DNA from: Squalus acanthias
Taxonomy: Eukaryota
Length of the DNA stretch: 64,000 nt
NCBI GenBank assembly: GCA_030390025.1
Contig: CM059433.1
Location: forward strand, 3,100,001 to 3,164,000
Direction: 5' to 3'
The notes under the pieces: model-generated
Seen by the model: only the letters and a program-made list of their open reading frames with translations
Databases searched by the model: none
Told to the model about the DNA's origin: nothing
Program-made: the position numbers and the translations under genes
Shown: positions 26,415 to 38,929 of the stretch, one piece after another
Position numbering within the stretch: position 1 is the first letter of the stretch
How the letters are laid out: each line of letters opens with the position of its first letter

Positions 26415-28651
26415 TCTGATGTAATAGATGGCAGGTGAAGTTGAGATGACAGAAGCAATCTGTCAATGGTGAGAGATGTTGTTACAATGAGGTGACACTG
26501 GATAGAGAGTTTGCTCCAAACACTTGCAAGCTGCACAAAGCTCAATCTGTCTTCCAAATGCAGTAAGCAACAGCTTCTAACCTTGGAAAGTGAACAGCTG
26601 TGAGATGGGAGCTTTTATAGCACATTTGCAGCTGTCAAGTAATCAGATGATTCCGTGCTGATTCAACTCCCGACCTGCTGATGTGACGTGATCCCCGAGC
26701 AGCGTGGAACCCATGGGCGACCTCGTAAAATGTGAAGGTGAGCTCAAAATTCTCTTTAACAGGCTGTTAACAAGGTCAAAATGACCTAAATTGCCTCCCC
26801 TGCTGCTTGGTGTCGGGTCTGTTCAGCGCTCACAGAATCATCTGATTACTTGACAGCTGCAAATGTGCTATAAAAGCTCCCATCTCACAGTTGTTCACTT
26901 TCCAAGGTCTGTTCAGCGCTGACAGACCCGACATCTGGGAAAGTAGCATGGTGGTGGGTTGACAGCGGGTTCCCGACACGCCGTCAGAAATTTTTTTTTT
27001 CCCACCCAACCTGCCACCAAACACGCTCGCTGACTCCCCGAAAAATTTCCCCCATAGAGTACAAAAGTAAGGAAGTTATGATGAACCTTTATAAAACACT
27101 GGTTAGGACCCCAGCTGGAGTATTGTGTTCAATTCTGGGCACCGCACTTTAGGAAGGATGTGAAGGCCTTAGACGGTGCAGAAAAGATTTACAAGAATGG
27201 TTCCAGGGATGAGGGACTTCAGTTACGTGGATAGACTGGAGAAGCTGGGGTTGTTCTCCTTGGAGCAGAGAAGGTTGAGAGGAGATTTGATAGAGGGGTC
27301 TGGACAGAGTAGATAGAGAGAAACTGTTCCCATTGGTGGAAGGGTCAAGAACCAGAGGACACAGATTTAAGGTGATTGGCAGAAGAACCAAAGGCGACAT
27401 GAGAAAAAACTTTTTTACGCAGCGAGTGGTTATGATCTGGAATGCACTGCCTGAAAGGGTGGTGGAGGCAGACTCAATCGTGGCTTTCAAAAGGGAATTG
27501 GATAATTACCTGAAGGAAAAAATTTACAGGGCTACGGGGAAAGGGCAGGGGAGTGGGACTAGCTGAAGTGCTCTTGCAGAGAGCCGGCACGGGCTCGACG
27601 GGTCGAATGGCCTCCTTCTGTGCTGTAACGAATCTAAGGAGGGGCTTGCAGCATTTCTGGCAGGGGCCCAGGGAGGGAAATACAGGTCAGATGCTGAGGA
27701 GGTCTCAACACCCGCTGTTTTCTTTATTCTCCAACACTTTCGTCTTATTTGGGGCAGGATCACAGAGAAGAATCCCAGCCACTATGTCACATCTTCTGTT
27801 ATTAACTGCCATTAACATTGAATTGATGGCAGCAATGGAAAATGTTATGGCTCATACTGCCCAGCCCTCATTGCTGAAGGGCAAGAATCGAAATTGCAAA
27901 GATTAATTTTAGAAGAGCTACCAAATTACTACATGAAACATCTAGAATTATTTATGTTGGAAGCGTTAGCCTTGGAAGAAAAAAAAGGGGCCATTTTTCA
28001 CCTTTCCCTGTACTTCTTCTGGTAATGGGAGAGTGATTCTGGCAGCTGAAGAACATTGCATCATTGCGAGGCTCATTTTAAGGCATTGATGAATGGTGTA
28101 GCCTTTGTCATTAGTGAAATGAACTAGTTGCGCATTGTTACTGCTGTAGCTATATTACATTTTTGTTAATCTATTCCTGTTTAAGTCTGTAAAAGGTTAA
28201 TTGAGGGCAATTTACATACCAAGGTAATAGATACCCAGAAGTGATTACCAGACAGTAATCACACCTCTGGGTTCAGAAAATAACAATAACCATAAACTTT
28301 GAGCAATTTTAAAACCTGACCCCAGAGGTGGGATATTTGCCTGCAAATTACTCCCATTTAACCATAAGAGTTGCTGAGAACCTGTTCTATGTTGATTTCA
28401 CTCTATTTTATTAATGGAGGCTTTCATGGTGGACATCAGCAATCTAGTGATCCATGTAATTGATGCATGATGACAACTTCACTATTAAACTGGCACAAGA
28501 GCTGCAAATTGTTTAAATGATAGTTGATCTAACACAGCCATTAAATCTAATGCGTAGACTTGCATATAGTGCGCACTTTCTGTAACCATCACACTTACTT
28601 CCTGTCATATTTTGACCATCACACTTTAGATGTCACATTTCAGATGTTGTA

Positions 28652-29946
28652 CAAAGGGTAAATCGTGCTTGACTAATCTATTGGAATTTTTTGAGGGAGT
28701 AACTGGTAAAATAGATGGGGGAGAGCCAGTAGATGTGGTGTACCTGGACTTCCAAAAGGCCTTCGATAAGGTCCCACATAAAAGATTAGCATGGAAAATT
28801 GAAGCTCATGGGATAAAGGGGAAAGTATTGACGTGGATAGAGAACTGGCTGTCAGATAGAAAACAGAGAGTTGGAATAAACGGCTCATTTTCTGAATGGC
28901 AGGCAGTAACAAGTGGGGTACCACAGGGATCTGTCCTGGGTCCCCAGCTGTTCACAATTTATATTAATGACCTGGATCAGGGAGTCGAATGCAGCATTTC
29001 CAAATTTGCAGACGACACTAAACTAGGAGGGGGGGTGGGCTCAGAGGAGGAGACCAGGAAGCTCCAGAGCGATTTGGACAGACTGGGTGATTGGGCGGAT
29101 AAATGGCAGATGCACTATAATGTGGACAAGTGCGAAGTTATCCACCTTGGGTGCAGGAACGGGAGGGCAAATTATTATTTAAATGGCAATAAATTGGGAG
29201 AGGGGGAAGTACAGAGAGACCTGGGTGTTCTTGTACACCAGTCACTGAAGGCGAGCATGCAGGTGCAACAGGCGGTCAAGAAGGCAAACGGTATGCTGGC
29301 CTTCATAGCAAAAGGGTTGGAATACAGGAACAGGGATACCTTGCTGCAGCTGTACAGGGCACTGGTGAGACCACACCTCGAGTACTGTGTACAGTTTTGG
29401 TCGCCTCATCTGAGGAAAGATGTTCTTGCCATGGAGGGGGTGCAGCGGCGATTCACCAGGCTGATACCAGGAATGGCGGGATTGACCTATGAGGAGAGAC
29501 TATGTAGTTTAGGGATGGACACACTGGAGTTTAGAAGATTGAGAGGGGACCTCATAGAAGTGTATAAAATTCTGACAGGTCTAGACAGATTAGATGCAGA
29601 AGGAATGTTTCCCTTGGCGGGTGAGAACAGAACTAGAGGACATAATTTAAGGATAAGGGCTAAACCATTTAGGACAGAAATGAGGGGGAATTTCTTCACT
29701 CAGAGAGTGGTGAACCTGTGGAACTCATTGCCACAGAGGGCAGTGTACGCCAGCTCATTAAATATATTTAAGAGGGAATTAGATATATTTCTACAGGCAA
29801 AAGGGGTTAAGGGTTACGGAGAGAAGGCGGGGACGGGATACTGAATTGAAGGATCAGCCATGATCTCATTAAATGGCGGAGCAGGCTCGAAGGGCCGGAT
29901 GGCCTACTCCTGCTCCTATCTTCTATGTATCTATGTATCTATGTAT
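28652..29946 (+). mobile_element. Young 5'-truncated CR1 LINE with uninterrupted RT C-terminal frame (to 29844)
   Basis: KGKSCLTNL, YLDFQKAFD, SGVPQGSVLGP, KFADD, RPHLEYC; 3' UTR and (TATCTATG)n tail. Confidence 0.95.
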
Positions 29947-29996
29947 CCTCTGACTCACCAGTGACAATGGAACAGGAGATCTGCTAGCAATATATA

Positions 29997-30738
29997 GGGC
30001 CAAAAATTGATCCCGGGACGCGAGAGTACGCACTCCGTACTCTCGCGTATTCCCACTCCAATTGCCGGTTTTCTGCATGCCCTGCGCATGCGCTGAAAAC
30101 CGGCAATTGCTCTTCTGAAAAGGGGGCGGGGCCTGGGTGCATCGCGTGCGCGCTACAGGCTGCGCGCACGCTGTGCACTTCATGCTTTGGACGCGCAGGT
30201 AAGTAGGGAAGATTTTGGAAATGTAAAAAGGAGGAGTAAGACCCGCTTTTAAGAAGGTAAGTAGTGAATTAAGTATTTTTTTGAATTTTTTTTTACAGGT
30301 ATATTTTTTTTAGAGACTTTAAAGACAGGTAAGTTTATTTTTATAACTTTTTAAAAGATTTTAAATTTTTTCAAAAATTTAATTTTTTATTTAAAATGGT
30401 TAATTTAATTAACTATACTTATTTTATTAATGTGATGGTTTTTTTTTAAATTTAATTGAGGTTTAGCTGTTATTTTGGGGGGTGTAAGATTCATAGATTT
30501 CACAGCCGTGCTGTGAGACTTATGAATGGAAGATGGTGTGCTGCCATTGGCTCTAACTGAGTCACGTGATCCCACAGCTCGCACGAATTCACTACGCCGC
30601 TGGGATACGCAAGCCCAGCACAGCTGATGTCTGGAACATCAAGTTCGTGCGAGCTGGATCTGAAAAAGCATAAGCGAGGTGAGAGATCACGGGGAAGCCT
30701 TACCCCCGCGGGAACAGAGCGAGATCAATTTCTGGGCC
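29997..30738. mobile_element. Harbinger-type MITE
   Basis: TIRs GGGCCAAAAATTGATC / GATCAATTTCTGGGCC; flanks ATA/ATT. Confidence 0.75.
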
Positions 30739-30939
30739 ATTGTCTCACAATATGTTATAGGATAATTTTGTGTTGGTAGAATGATAACATTGGTGAGCTC
30801 TATGGTGAGGGGCTTCAGAGCCTATTCTGCTCTTGTTGTATTTATTCTTGTGACAGTAACTGAGTATGTGGATTGTGCAATATGCAGTAGCAGCAATGAC
30901 TGATATTTTCTAATGTCTGTAACATTTTTATGTTCATTG

Positions 30940-31191
30940 CCATGAGGACAAACCTTTTTACTCAGCGAGTGGTGAGGACCTGGAACTCGCTGCCGACGGA
31001 AGTGGTGGAAGCGGAGACACTCAATGTTTTCAAGGGGCGACTGGATAGGCACTTGAGGGAAATAAACTTGCAGGGCTCCGAGGATAGAGCGCGGGAATGG
31101 GACTGACTGGATTGCTCTGCAGAGAGCCGGCACGGACTCGATGGGCCGTATGGCCTCCTTCTGTGCCGTTATGACTCTATGACTCTATGAA
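30940..31191 (+). mobile_element. CR1 3' end
   Basis: Close match to 16190-16427 with intact (TATGACTC)n tail. Confidence 0.85.
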
Positions 31192-32388
31192 TATCATGGT
31201 AAGGATTGTGAAAATAACAGTAAGAGATTGGCAATGAAATAAAGAAGTGGTAAAACATTTTCAGGAAGGTGTGTGGGTGACAAATGGAGCACGGTAAAAA
31301 TTGTGTTTCATTGCTATGTCACATAAAAGGTAACCTTTCCATTGTTGCAAGTGCACACACACTGAAAGTTTAGTTATGTAATCTTTGATTCTTTGCGTAG
31401 CATATGCCACACCTCCTCATCTTCCTATTCTGAGCTGTGGTTCCTAATTGTTATCCAATTATAAGCTATTCAAGCACAAAAAAAATTGCTAATATAAGAA
31501 TCATTGGAAGTCTTCAGAGACCTTTCAGTATAGAAAAGTTCTTTCCCATTATACTGATTCCCAAGCTCCATTTCCTGCTTTTTGATCAGCTTGAGGACAT
31601 AACCTCACACCCTGAGTGTTGGGTATATCTACCAATGGGAATCTCGTGGGGAATCTTCCTCGCTGCGACAGCTCTGAGCAACTATCTGATTCTGACTGAG
31701 TTCGGATGTTAGCCCGTCTTTTCTCTCTACAGCTGCTGGCAGACCCCATCCGTATTTCCGGCATTTTCTTGCTTTCTTTTCCCCTTTTTCAGCATTTGCA
31801 GATTTTTAAAAAAATCTCTTCTCTTTAGTTCTGTGAGAAGTAAACTCAGTAAAGGCGTGGTGAACCTCCTTTAGCCGTTGTGAGGATGCCCCGATTAGGA
31901 AAAATTGACAATGAGGTGAAATTGAATCATTTGTTCGACGTTATGCTTTTGTGTGCCTCTTTATGCAGTTTTGCCCAAATCTGTACAGTCATTTCTCCAT
32001 GAAACTACAGGCTTTTGTGCTTCTGTGTCTTTATTCCTATTTTTGAATTGCATACAGGACGTGAATCATGGAAACCCATACAGACCTTATCCTGAGAGAT
32101 ATAGGCAGCAAGAACGTCAAGGATCTAAACAGATAAATGGACTTTGTTTTTGCAGATGCTGAACAGCCATCAAAGGGTCCTGCAGCTAACAGATATTACA
32201 TGAGAGGCCTGCCGGAGTGGTTGACTTTGTTCCTGTACTTCCAGGGGTTAGTTTCTGCCAAGGGATGGACCTGGATCAGGGCCATTGAAATGACCTGAAT
32301 CTGGAAACCGAGCCGGGTTATCAGGTGGACCATACTCTGGGTGTGGCCCACCTGATTGGTGCTCAGACAGAGAGGGAGCAGCAAAATT

Positions 32389-33205
32389 GGCCCCGATATT
32401 TACGGGGAGGCAAGGGGAACCCGGAATAATGAGTTTCCGTCAGGTTCTGCCAAACTTAACAGCAGGACCTGATTATCATTTTTTGTCTCCGTTTCCCGGT
32501 TGCAGCCAGCCACATTGAGAGGCTGGCTGACTGTCGGGCGGGTAGGCCTTTGGCATCAGGCTGCAGCCGAGGAGTGGAGTGGAGGGAGGGAGGGAGGGAT
32601 CGGAAAGGCCGCGGTGGGGGGAGATCGAAGACCGGTGTCGGGGGGGTTGATCGGAGGCCGGTGTGTCGGGGGGAGATTGCAGGGAATGGCCCGATCGCTG
32701 GGGGAGGGGGGAGTGTCCGATCACGAGGGGGGGGTTTGCTCGTGGGGTGTCTGATCACGCCCAGGGGGGTGTCCGATCACGAGGGGGGGGGTTTCTCGTG
32801 GGGGTTCTGATCACGCCCAGGGGGGTGTCCGATCGCGGGGAGAGATGCAGGTTAGCTTGGCGAGCCAGAGGAAGCACTCCTTCTCCTCCTGGCCCACAAG
32901 CAGTGCTGGAAATACACTGCTTGTGGGCCAGGAGCTGTCCTCGCCTCCGTTTAGCTGCCAGGTTTCCCGGCCAGCCAGAGTTTAACCTAAAATGGAGAAA
33001 AAAATCTGAGGCCGCAGCCTCATTAAAATATTGAAATGAGTGACCTGCCTCCTGGGAGCGGGTTGTCTGCCCGTCTTCTGTCCTGCCTGCATTAAAACTG
33101 GAAGTGGGCGGGTTCGAGGGGGCTTGGGTTGGGTTTTGAGATTTTTTGCATTTTTACATCCCACCCAACCCAAACCCACACTGTTTGGGGGTTAAAATTC
33201 CTCCC
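32389..33205. mobile_element. Harbinger-type MITE with GC-rich internal CCGATC repeats
   Basis: Ends GGCCCCGATATTTAC / GTTAAAATTCCTCCC; 3-bp TSD ATT (32386-32388, 33206-33208). Confidence 0.75.
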
Positions 33206-33835
33206 ATTGTCTCTTTAGTATTCAGGAAGAGCATCTATAAGCCTGGAAATACTTTAGTTGTACTAATCAGGGATTAGCAATTAATTATTGCTGGTTTTCA
33301 AGAGAATGGTTGCCTATTGATCCCCAATATAGCTGCTTTCTTTATTGTGTATAAGACATGCAATCTCAATCTGCATTATAAAATGGGCTATGGAGCACCT
33401 GCACTATTAAGCAACCAAGCAACATTTAATGTTGCCCCTACCAGTACGTATTGGGAAAATTAACCCCGTTTTTGAAATTAATTCAGAGAGTATCCTTCCG
33501 ATTGTGGAGACTAAGGTAGCAGCACAGCAAAGCATGAGCTTTAATGATAGTTGGAGTCTGCAAAGGACAGTGTTGCAGAAGGTGCTTGGAGCCATTCTTT
33601 TGCTTTCATATGAACAGGAGGATGGTTCAAAGGGTCAGGGCAGACACAAAGCTGAATGTATCAGGGATGAGCACCTGGTGCATCAGTCTTTCTGGCTTCA
33701 GTGCGTTTCTGCAGCTGTATCTTGGGCCCTGTTCTGGCTTTAATACCATGTATAATGATCCTGATGGTTGCATGGACCTCTTTGTATCTGTGCTCTGCCG
33801 CTGTCTATAGCTGCTGCAAAGGTATCATTAACCAG

Positions 33836-34418
33836 AATGAGAAGTCGCACAACACCAGGTTATAGTCCAACAGTTTTATTTGAAATTGCGAGCTTTCGGA
33901 GCGCTGCTCCTTCGTCAGGTACAGTGAGGGAATACAAATCGATTACACCGTATATAAACACAGAGAACAATGTGTCTGCAGAGATACAATCCGTCAGGGA
34001 GGCATTACATCAAAGACACAGCAGAATACAACTAAGACAATGAGGTGGGGGTCACAGGGGGTCCAACGTGTCAAATGCTGCAGTCTGCAGTTAAGCTTTT
34101 TTTAAAAAAAGTAAAAAGCTTAACTGCAGACTGCAGCATTTGACACGTTGGACCCCCTGTGACCCCCACCTCATTGTCTTAGTTGTATTCTGCTGTGTCT
34201 TTGATGTAATGCCTCCCTGACGGATTGTATCTCTGCAGACACATTGTTCTCTGTCTATATATACTGTGTAATCGATTTGTATTCCTTCACTGTACCTGAC
34301 GAAGGAGCAGCGCTCCGAAAGCTCGCAATTTCAAATAAAACTGTTGGACTATAACCTGGTGTTGTGCGACTTCTCATTTTTGTCCACCCCAGTCCAACAC
34401 CGGCATCTCCGCATCATG
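33836..34418. repeat. Palindromic Penelope terminal insertion (266-bp arms, 11-nt spacer)
   Basis: 33836-34101 is the reverse complement of 34113-34378 (about 4 mismatches seen); 12-bp TSD ATCATTAACCAG at 33824-33835 and 34419-34430. Confidence 0.95.
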
Positions 34419-35449
34419 ATCATTAACCAGGGCTGAGGAGGGTGGTCATGTCTCTGAGGAGCCAGCCCTTCAGCTTGCCTTGATCTCAAATAATCCTAGC
34501 ATAGATGCTGGTGCAAAATTAACATCATATGAGTGGTGTCTGGGATGTGGGCATTCACCTGCATGATATGGTAATAGTGATCACTGGCAAGCTGCCCATG
34601 GTGGAGTCGAGGCCCTTTCTGTTCACGTAGGCTATTTCATTATGGCTAGGAGCTCCCATGACCACGTGGCTACAGTCAATCACCCTCTATGATTTTGGAA
34701 GCCAGCAGTCCACGGAAGTGAGCAACCCTGTCATAGGAACAGGGGTCAGCCATTCAGCTCCTTGAACATGGTCCACCATTCAATTAGATCATGGCTGATC
34801 TGTATCTTAACTCCATCCACCCCACTTGGTTCCATAACCCTTATTACCCTTGCCTAATTAAATGTATCGTGCTACTTTTGTTGAAAAGAAAATGAAGATG
34901 TTGGTCATGTTGAATCAAGTATTAGCATATTTGATACATTTGTGCACAGCAGATTCACTGCTACTGATGTCCCCCATGGAAGGGCCCTCTGCTTAAAAAT
35001 TGAGGGTGATGGCCAGTTAGCTAGCCACTGGCAGTCCCTATGTTAGAATGTGAATGTATCCCTGCTAAACACAAGCCTCTGCAGGCAGAGCTCGATCAAA
35101 CATTTCCAGATAGATTGTGGTCTGTAGAATTCGTGAGTGGCACATTGGATCATGCGGACAGTACAGCTCGAGTATCAGCATGGCATCACTGGCAGCCCTT
35201 CTCTGCACCTGCTCATCCTCCTCTACTAAATCGAGTGACGGGCTCGCACTGAAAACAATCTGCAAAGCTCTTGCCTGTCTGCCACCAAAAACTGATGTAC
35301 ACTTCCGCAGTCAGCTTCTGATTCCAGGCATGTGAGAACCTGGCAGAGCTCTAATCTCCACTTCATATGGGCAAGAGTAGTGCATTGCACATGTGGTGCA
35401 GGAAGACAGCAATTTTGCAGGCTCCCCCCCTCCCCCTTAAGTACCTAGG

Positions 35450-35898
35450 AAGAATATAGGAACAGGAGGAGGCCATTCAGCCCCTTGAGCCTGTTCCGCC
35501 ATTCAATGAGATCATGGCTGATCTGCGACCTAACTCCATATACCCGCCTTTGGCCCATATCCCTTAGTACCTTTGGTTAACTAAATCAATCTCAGATTTA
35601 AAATTAACAATTGATCCAGCATCAATTGTCATTTGCGGAAGAGAGTTCCAAACTGCTACCACCCTTTGTGTGTAGAAGTGTTTCCTAATTTCACTCCTGA
35701 AAGATCAGGCTCTAATTTTTAGACTCTGCCCCCTAGTCCTCGACTCCCCAACCAGAGGAAATAGTTTCTCTCTATCTACCCTCTCTGTTCCCCTTAATAT
35801 CCTGAAAACTTCGATCAGATCACCCCTTAACCTTGTAATTCCAGGGAATACAAACCCTAGTTTGTGTAATCGCTCCTTGTAATTTAACCCTTGGAGTC
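35450..35898 (-). mobile_element. CR1 3' end
   Basis: Reverse-complement CR1 3' UTR (AGGAGGCCATTCAGCCC) and ORF2 tail; probably the same copy as the fragment at 40713-40970. Confidence 0.8.
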
Positions 35899-38380
35899 TG
35901 TAGGGGGTGGTGGTTTTTGTGTCAGCTTTACCTCTGACTTCTGAACGGTTCGACTCGCTCCCACTCCCTTGGTTCTAGAGCCTGGACTTATTTGGGGGTT
36001 GTGATACAAAAGTGCAGCAGACAACTGAGTTTGATGAAAGAACTTTGATCTTTATTCAAGAAAGTAAAACACAACACAAACACTCTTTACACTCTAAAAG
36101 TGGGGAACACTTCGGTACAAACGAGGGAAATAACATTCGGAGAATACTTCACCCCTCCCAATCCCACTTCACTAGCTAGGTTGGACTCTGAGAACCAGGG
36201 ATAATGCTCACCAAACGAATCCTTGACAGTTGAGAGTTAGGGTTTAGAGTCTTTTGAGTAAAAGGTTTCGTAAGGCCCTTGTTGCCGCGAGGTGTCCGAT
36301 GGTCACTGGAACTGTTGCTCTGGTTTCTTCTTGCGTGTCGGCCTGTTTCTGGAGCTGTTGGCCGCCTTTGTTGAACTGCTTTCTGTTGAACTCTGCCTCT
36401 GTTTAAACTTTCTCCTTCCGAGCTGTGGAACTGCCTTCTTGCAGAACTCTAACTGTTGTGCTGGAGAACTGGAGAACTCCCTTCTTACTGAACTGTCTTC
36501 TTTAACTGCCCAACTTGCTTCTTCTGAACTCTGTAACTCCAGCACTGACTTCTGCTAAAAAACAGGCTTTCAATTGAACTCGAAACTGCAGAACTGCCTT
36601 CTGTTGAACTTGAACTGTTGTTACATCTGAACTGCTTGACGGGCCTTCAATTATACTAAATTGAAGTGGCCTTATCTACCCCAAATCAAATCCCGGTTAT
36701 TGTAAGACCTCGTTAACAGTAACGACTTTACTAGCATGTTAACTGGTTTTGTAAATGTGTGAAGTGGTTTCAGGATAGCTCCATCCTGTCGATCTGTTGT
36801 TTAATCGGAGTTTGAATTGTCCTCATGTTTTGGGTTTCTTGACTGGGCCTAGGACTTCTATAGAATATTTGCTTTATGCATGTCTTTAATGGGTTCTGTA
36901 ATCGGTTTGATGGGACCTGTTGTTTTGGGTGGGACTGTCTTCTCCCAGGGTCTATTGTCAAAATGTTAATGCTTGCTGGTGCTTTGAGTGAGGTCATCCC
37001 GGTTCCCCAGACATTGCAATTAACTGCAATACCCAAACTGCTTTTACAGAGGGTGAACCCACCTCTTGTTCCTTTACAGGCCCAGACATGTTTTTAAAAT
37101 GCCAAAACTCAGTTTTTGGTCTTACAGTCTCTTAGGTTAGACCCAAATGCAATATTATCACTCTGAGGTAGTTCCAAAGTCCTTTTTCCTTAGGTTTTGG
37201 GGATCTGTAAATTTTGGAAACCTTACAGTCCCTCCTGCGATACTTTAATTCACTACAGTATCGTCCTGGGTGGACTAAATTCCTGATCCTCGAAAACCAA
37301 CCTTCCCCTGTATTACCTAAACTAAAACTCAAAAATATACATTCCCTTTTTTTGGTGTAGTGTTCCAATACATACAGGTAAGAATCAATAATACATACAC
37401 ATCCAAGCATGGAGGGGGTCCAACGCCCCAGCATCACTTGGAAAACACAGTACATACATAGTAAAAATAATACACGATCACAAAACTTTATTCATTTTAA
37501 TAAAAACAATTAAGGCTCGCCCTAAACCTGGCCACGAGCTTTATTGTAATGCTGGTCCCATGCTTTCTCATGTCGGGATCGGCATGCCAATTTCCTCTCT
37601 GTAGGGACACACAAAACAGACAGCCATGTCCCGAGAAGGTTCTCTGGCTTGACAGGTGATCGATTCTTGAGGACTTTAAACTTACTTATTAAAATCCTTA
37701 AAACTAGAATTCTTAAAAATCCTAAAACTACCAAAACTGTAAAACACACCTAAAACACCTAAAACTCTGTACATTCGCCGCCCGTCTCCGGACGGCCAGG
37801 TCAATCCCTGCATGGCCTCTGCCTTGGGCAGCTTGTGAGCAGCCGGTACGCCTGGGCGTAAGGTGGCCTGTACTGCAGGACCCTGAGAGTCCTTCTTAAA
37901 ACAACTGAGGGTTTCCCTGACTCCCTGACAATCCCGGGAGTGTCCCCTCCTGTGCTACAGCACACTGCCCCCTTTGGTGTGGCTGCTGAGTCCCTGTCCT
38001 GTCCTGTGGGTTCCTTGCAGCCTGAGGCTGCAGGCTGGGGATCCCTAACTTTTGAACGCTCCCTGGCCTTGGGCACTCCTTTTCGGGTTGCAGCCCCCTT
38101 TGGGCTGACCCACTGATGTACCGGCGACCACGGCAGTTTAGGCTGTGGTGTGCGAGGAGACCTTCTCAGGACTCTGGCCACTGGGGGTGTGCCTGAGTCC
38201 CACATAATTGGTGGAGTGTCCTCTCCTGTGATACAAGCCACTGTCCCCGCCGCTGCAGCCTGTGCGTCTGCCACAGCTGCTGGCTGGGGATTTCTAACTT
38301 TGGGGTTGTCCACCTTTGCTGACTGTTCCCTTTTCTCGGGTTTAAACAGTTTACACTGGTTAATCTCCCACTCGTGGGTT

Positions 38381-38929
38381 CTAACAGCAGCTGATGTTTC
38401 TGGTGCTGGCTCCCCAGGCTGCTTGCCAGTGAATCTGTTTTAAAATCTCTTCCGCTGCCCTGAACGGACCTTCTATGGACTCCCCATTCTCTCTCTTTAC
38501 CAGGATGGCCTTAAGGACGAGACCCTGGGCTTGGACCTGCTTTAAGTCCGGGGGCAAAGCTACCCCCTGTGTGCCTCCCTTGTCCCGGATTGCGGCTACC
38601 GGACCTGCTTTATAGGGATCCCAGAACTCTCCTTCACTGGCCCCCTGCTTGGCCAACTTGTCGGCCTTTTGGTTACCCTCCCACGTGGTATGGAGGGATG
38701 CTAAATCTATGTCCAAAGGTTTGGACATTGCCCCAGCCTGCTCGTTCCCTGTGAACCCCATTAAGATAAATGGAACCTTGTTAGACCTGGGTGAATTGGT
38801 CGGGTCTTCCGAATAGACCACTGTGCTGGAAGCTCCGGCGTCCACCAAATATCTCCCCTGCACCATCTCCACCCCCATCTTACCATCGTATTCCGGGGAA
38901 CACAGGTAGACAGGCTGCGCTGGTTCTAG
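38381..38929 (-). pseudogene. pol: Pol remnant: protease N-half fused in frame to an RNase H C-terminus
   Basis: After TGA-CTAG: LEPAQPVYLC...YLVDAGASSTVV...GFTG (protease-like), then EGNQKADKLAKQGA (38639-38680). Confidence 0.8.

Larger units (their letters stand above)
24406..27053. mobile_element. Decayed two-gene PIF/Harbinger transposon
   Basis: Convergent Myb/SANT (+) and DDE transposase (-) genes; right TIR AAAAATTTCCCCC ends at 27053; left end missing. Confidence 0.85.
23350..27630 (+). mobile_element. CR1 LINE ORF2 (frameshifted), interrupted by a Harbinger element
   Basis: KSPGPDEMHPRML, DWRIANVT, QHGFVKGKSCLTNL and YMDFQKAFD in 23350-24405; resumes at 27054 (IEYKSKEVM...FFTQRV) through the 3' UTR. 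Confidence 0.9.

Noticed and set aside
28400..28560. AT-rich unique stretch with TAAT/ATTA motifs resembling a conserved non-coding element (similar at 3040-3170)
   Set aside because: Needs cross-species alignment, which I cannot run.
32058..32250. Possible host exons with AG/GT boundaries
   Set aside because: No recognisable protein and no partner exons; splice-like motifs alone are not sufficient.
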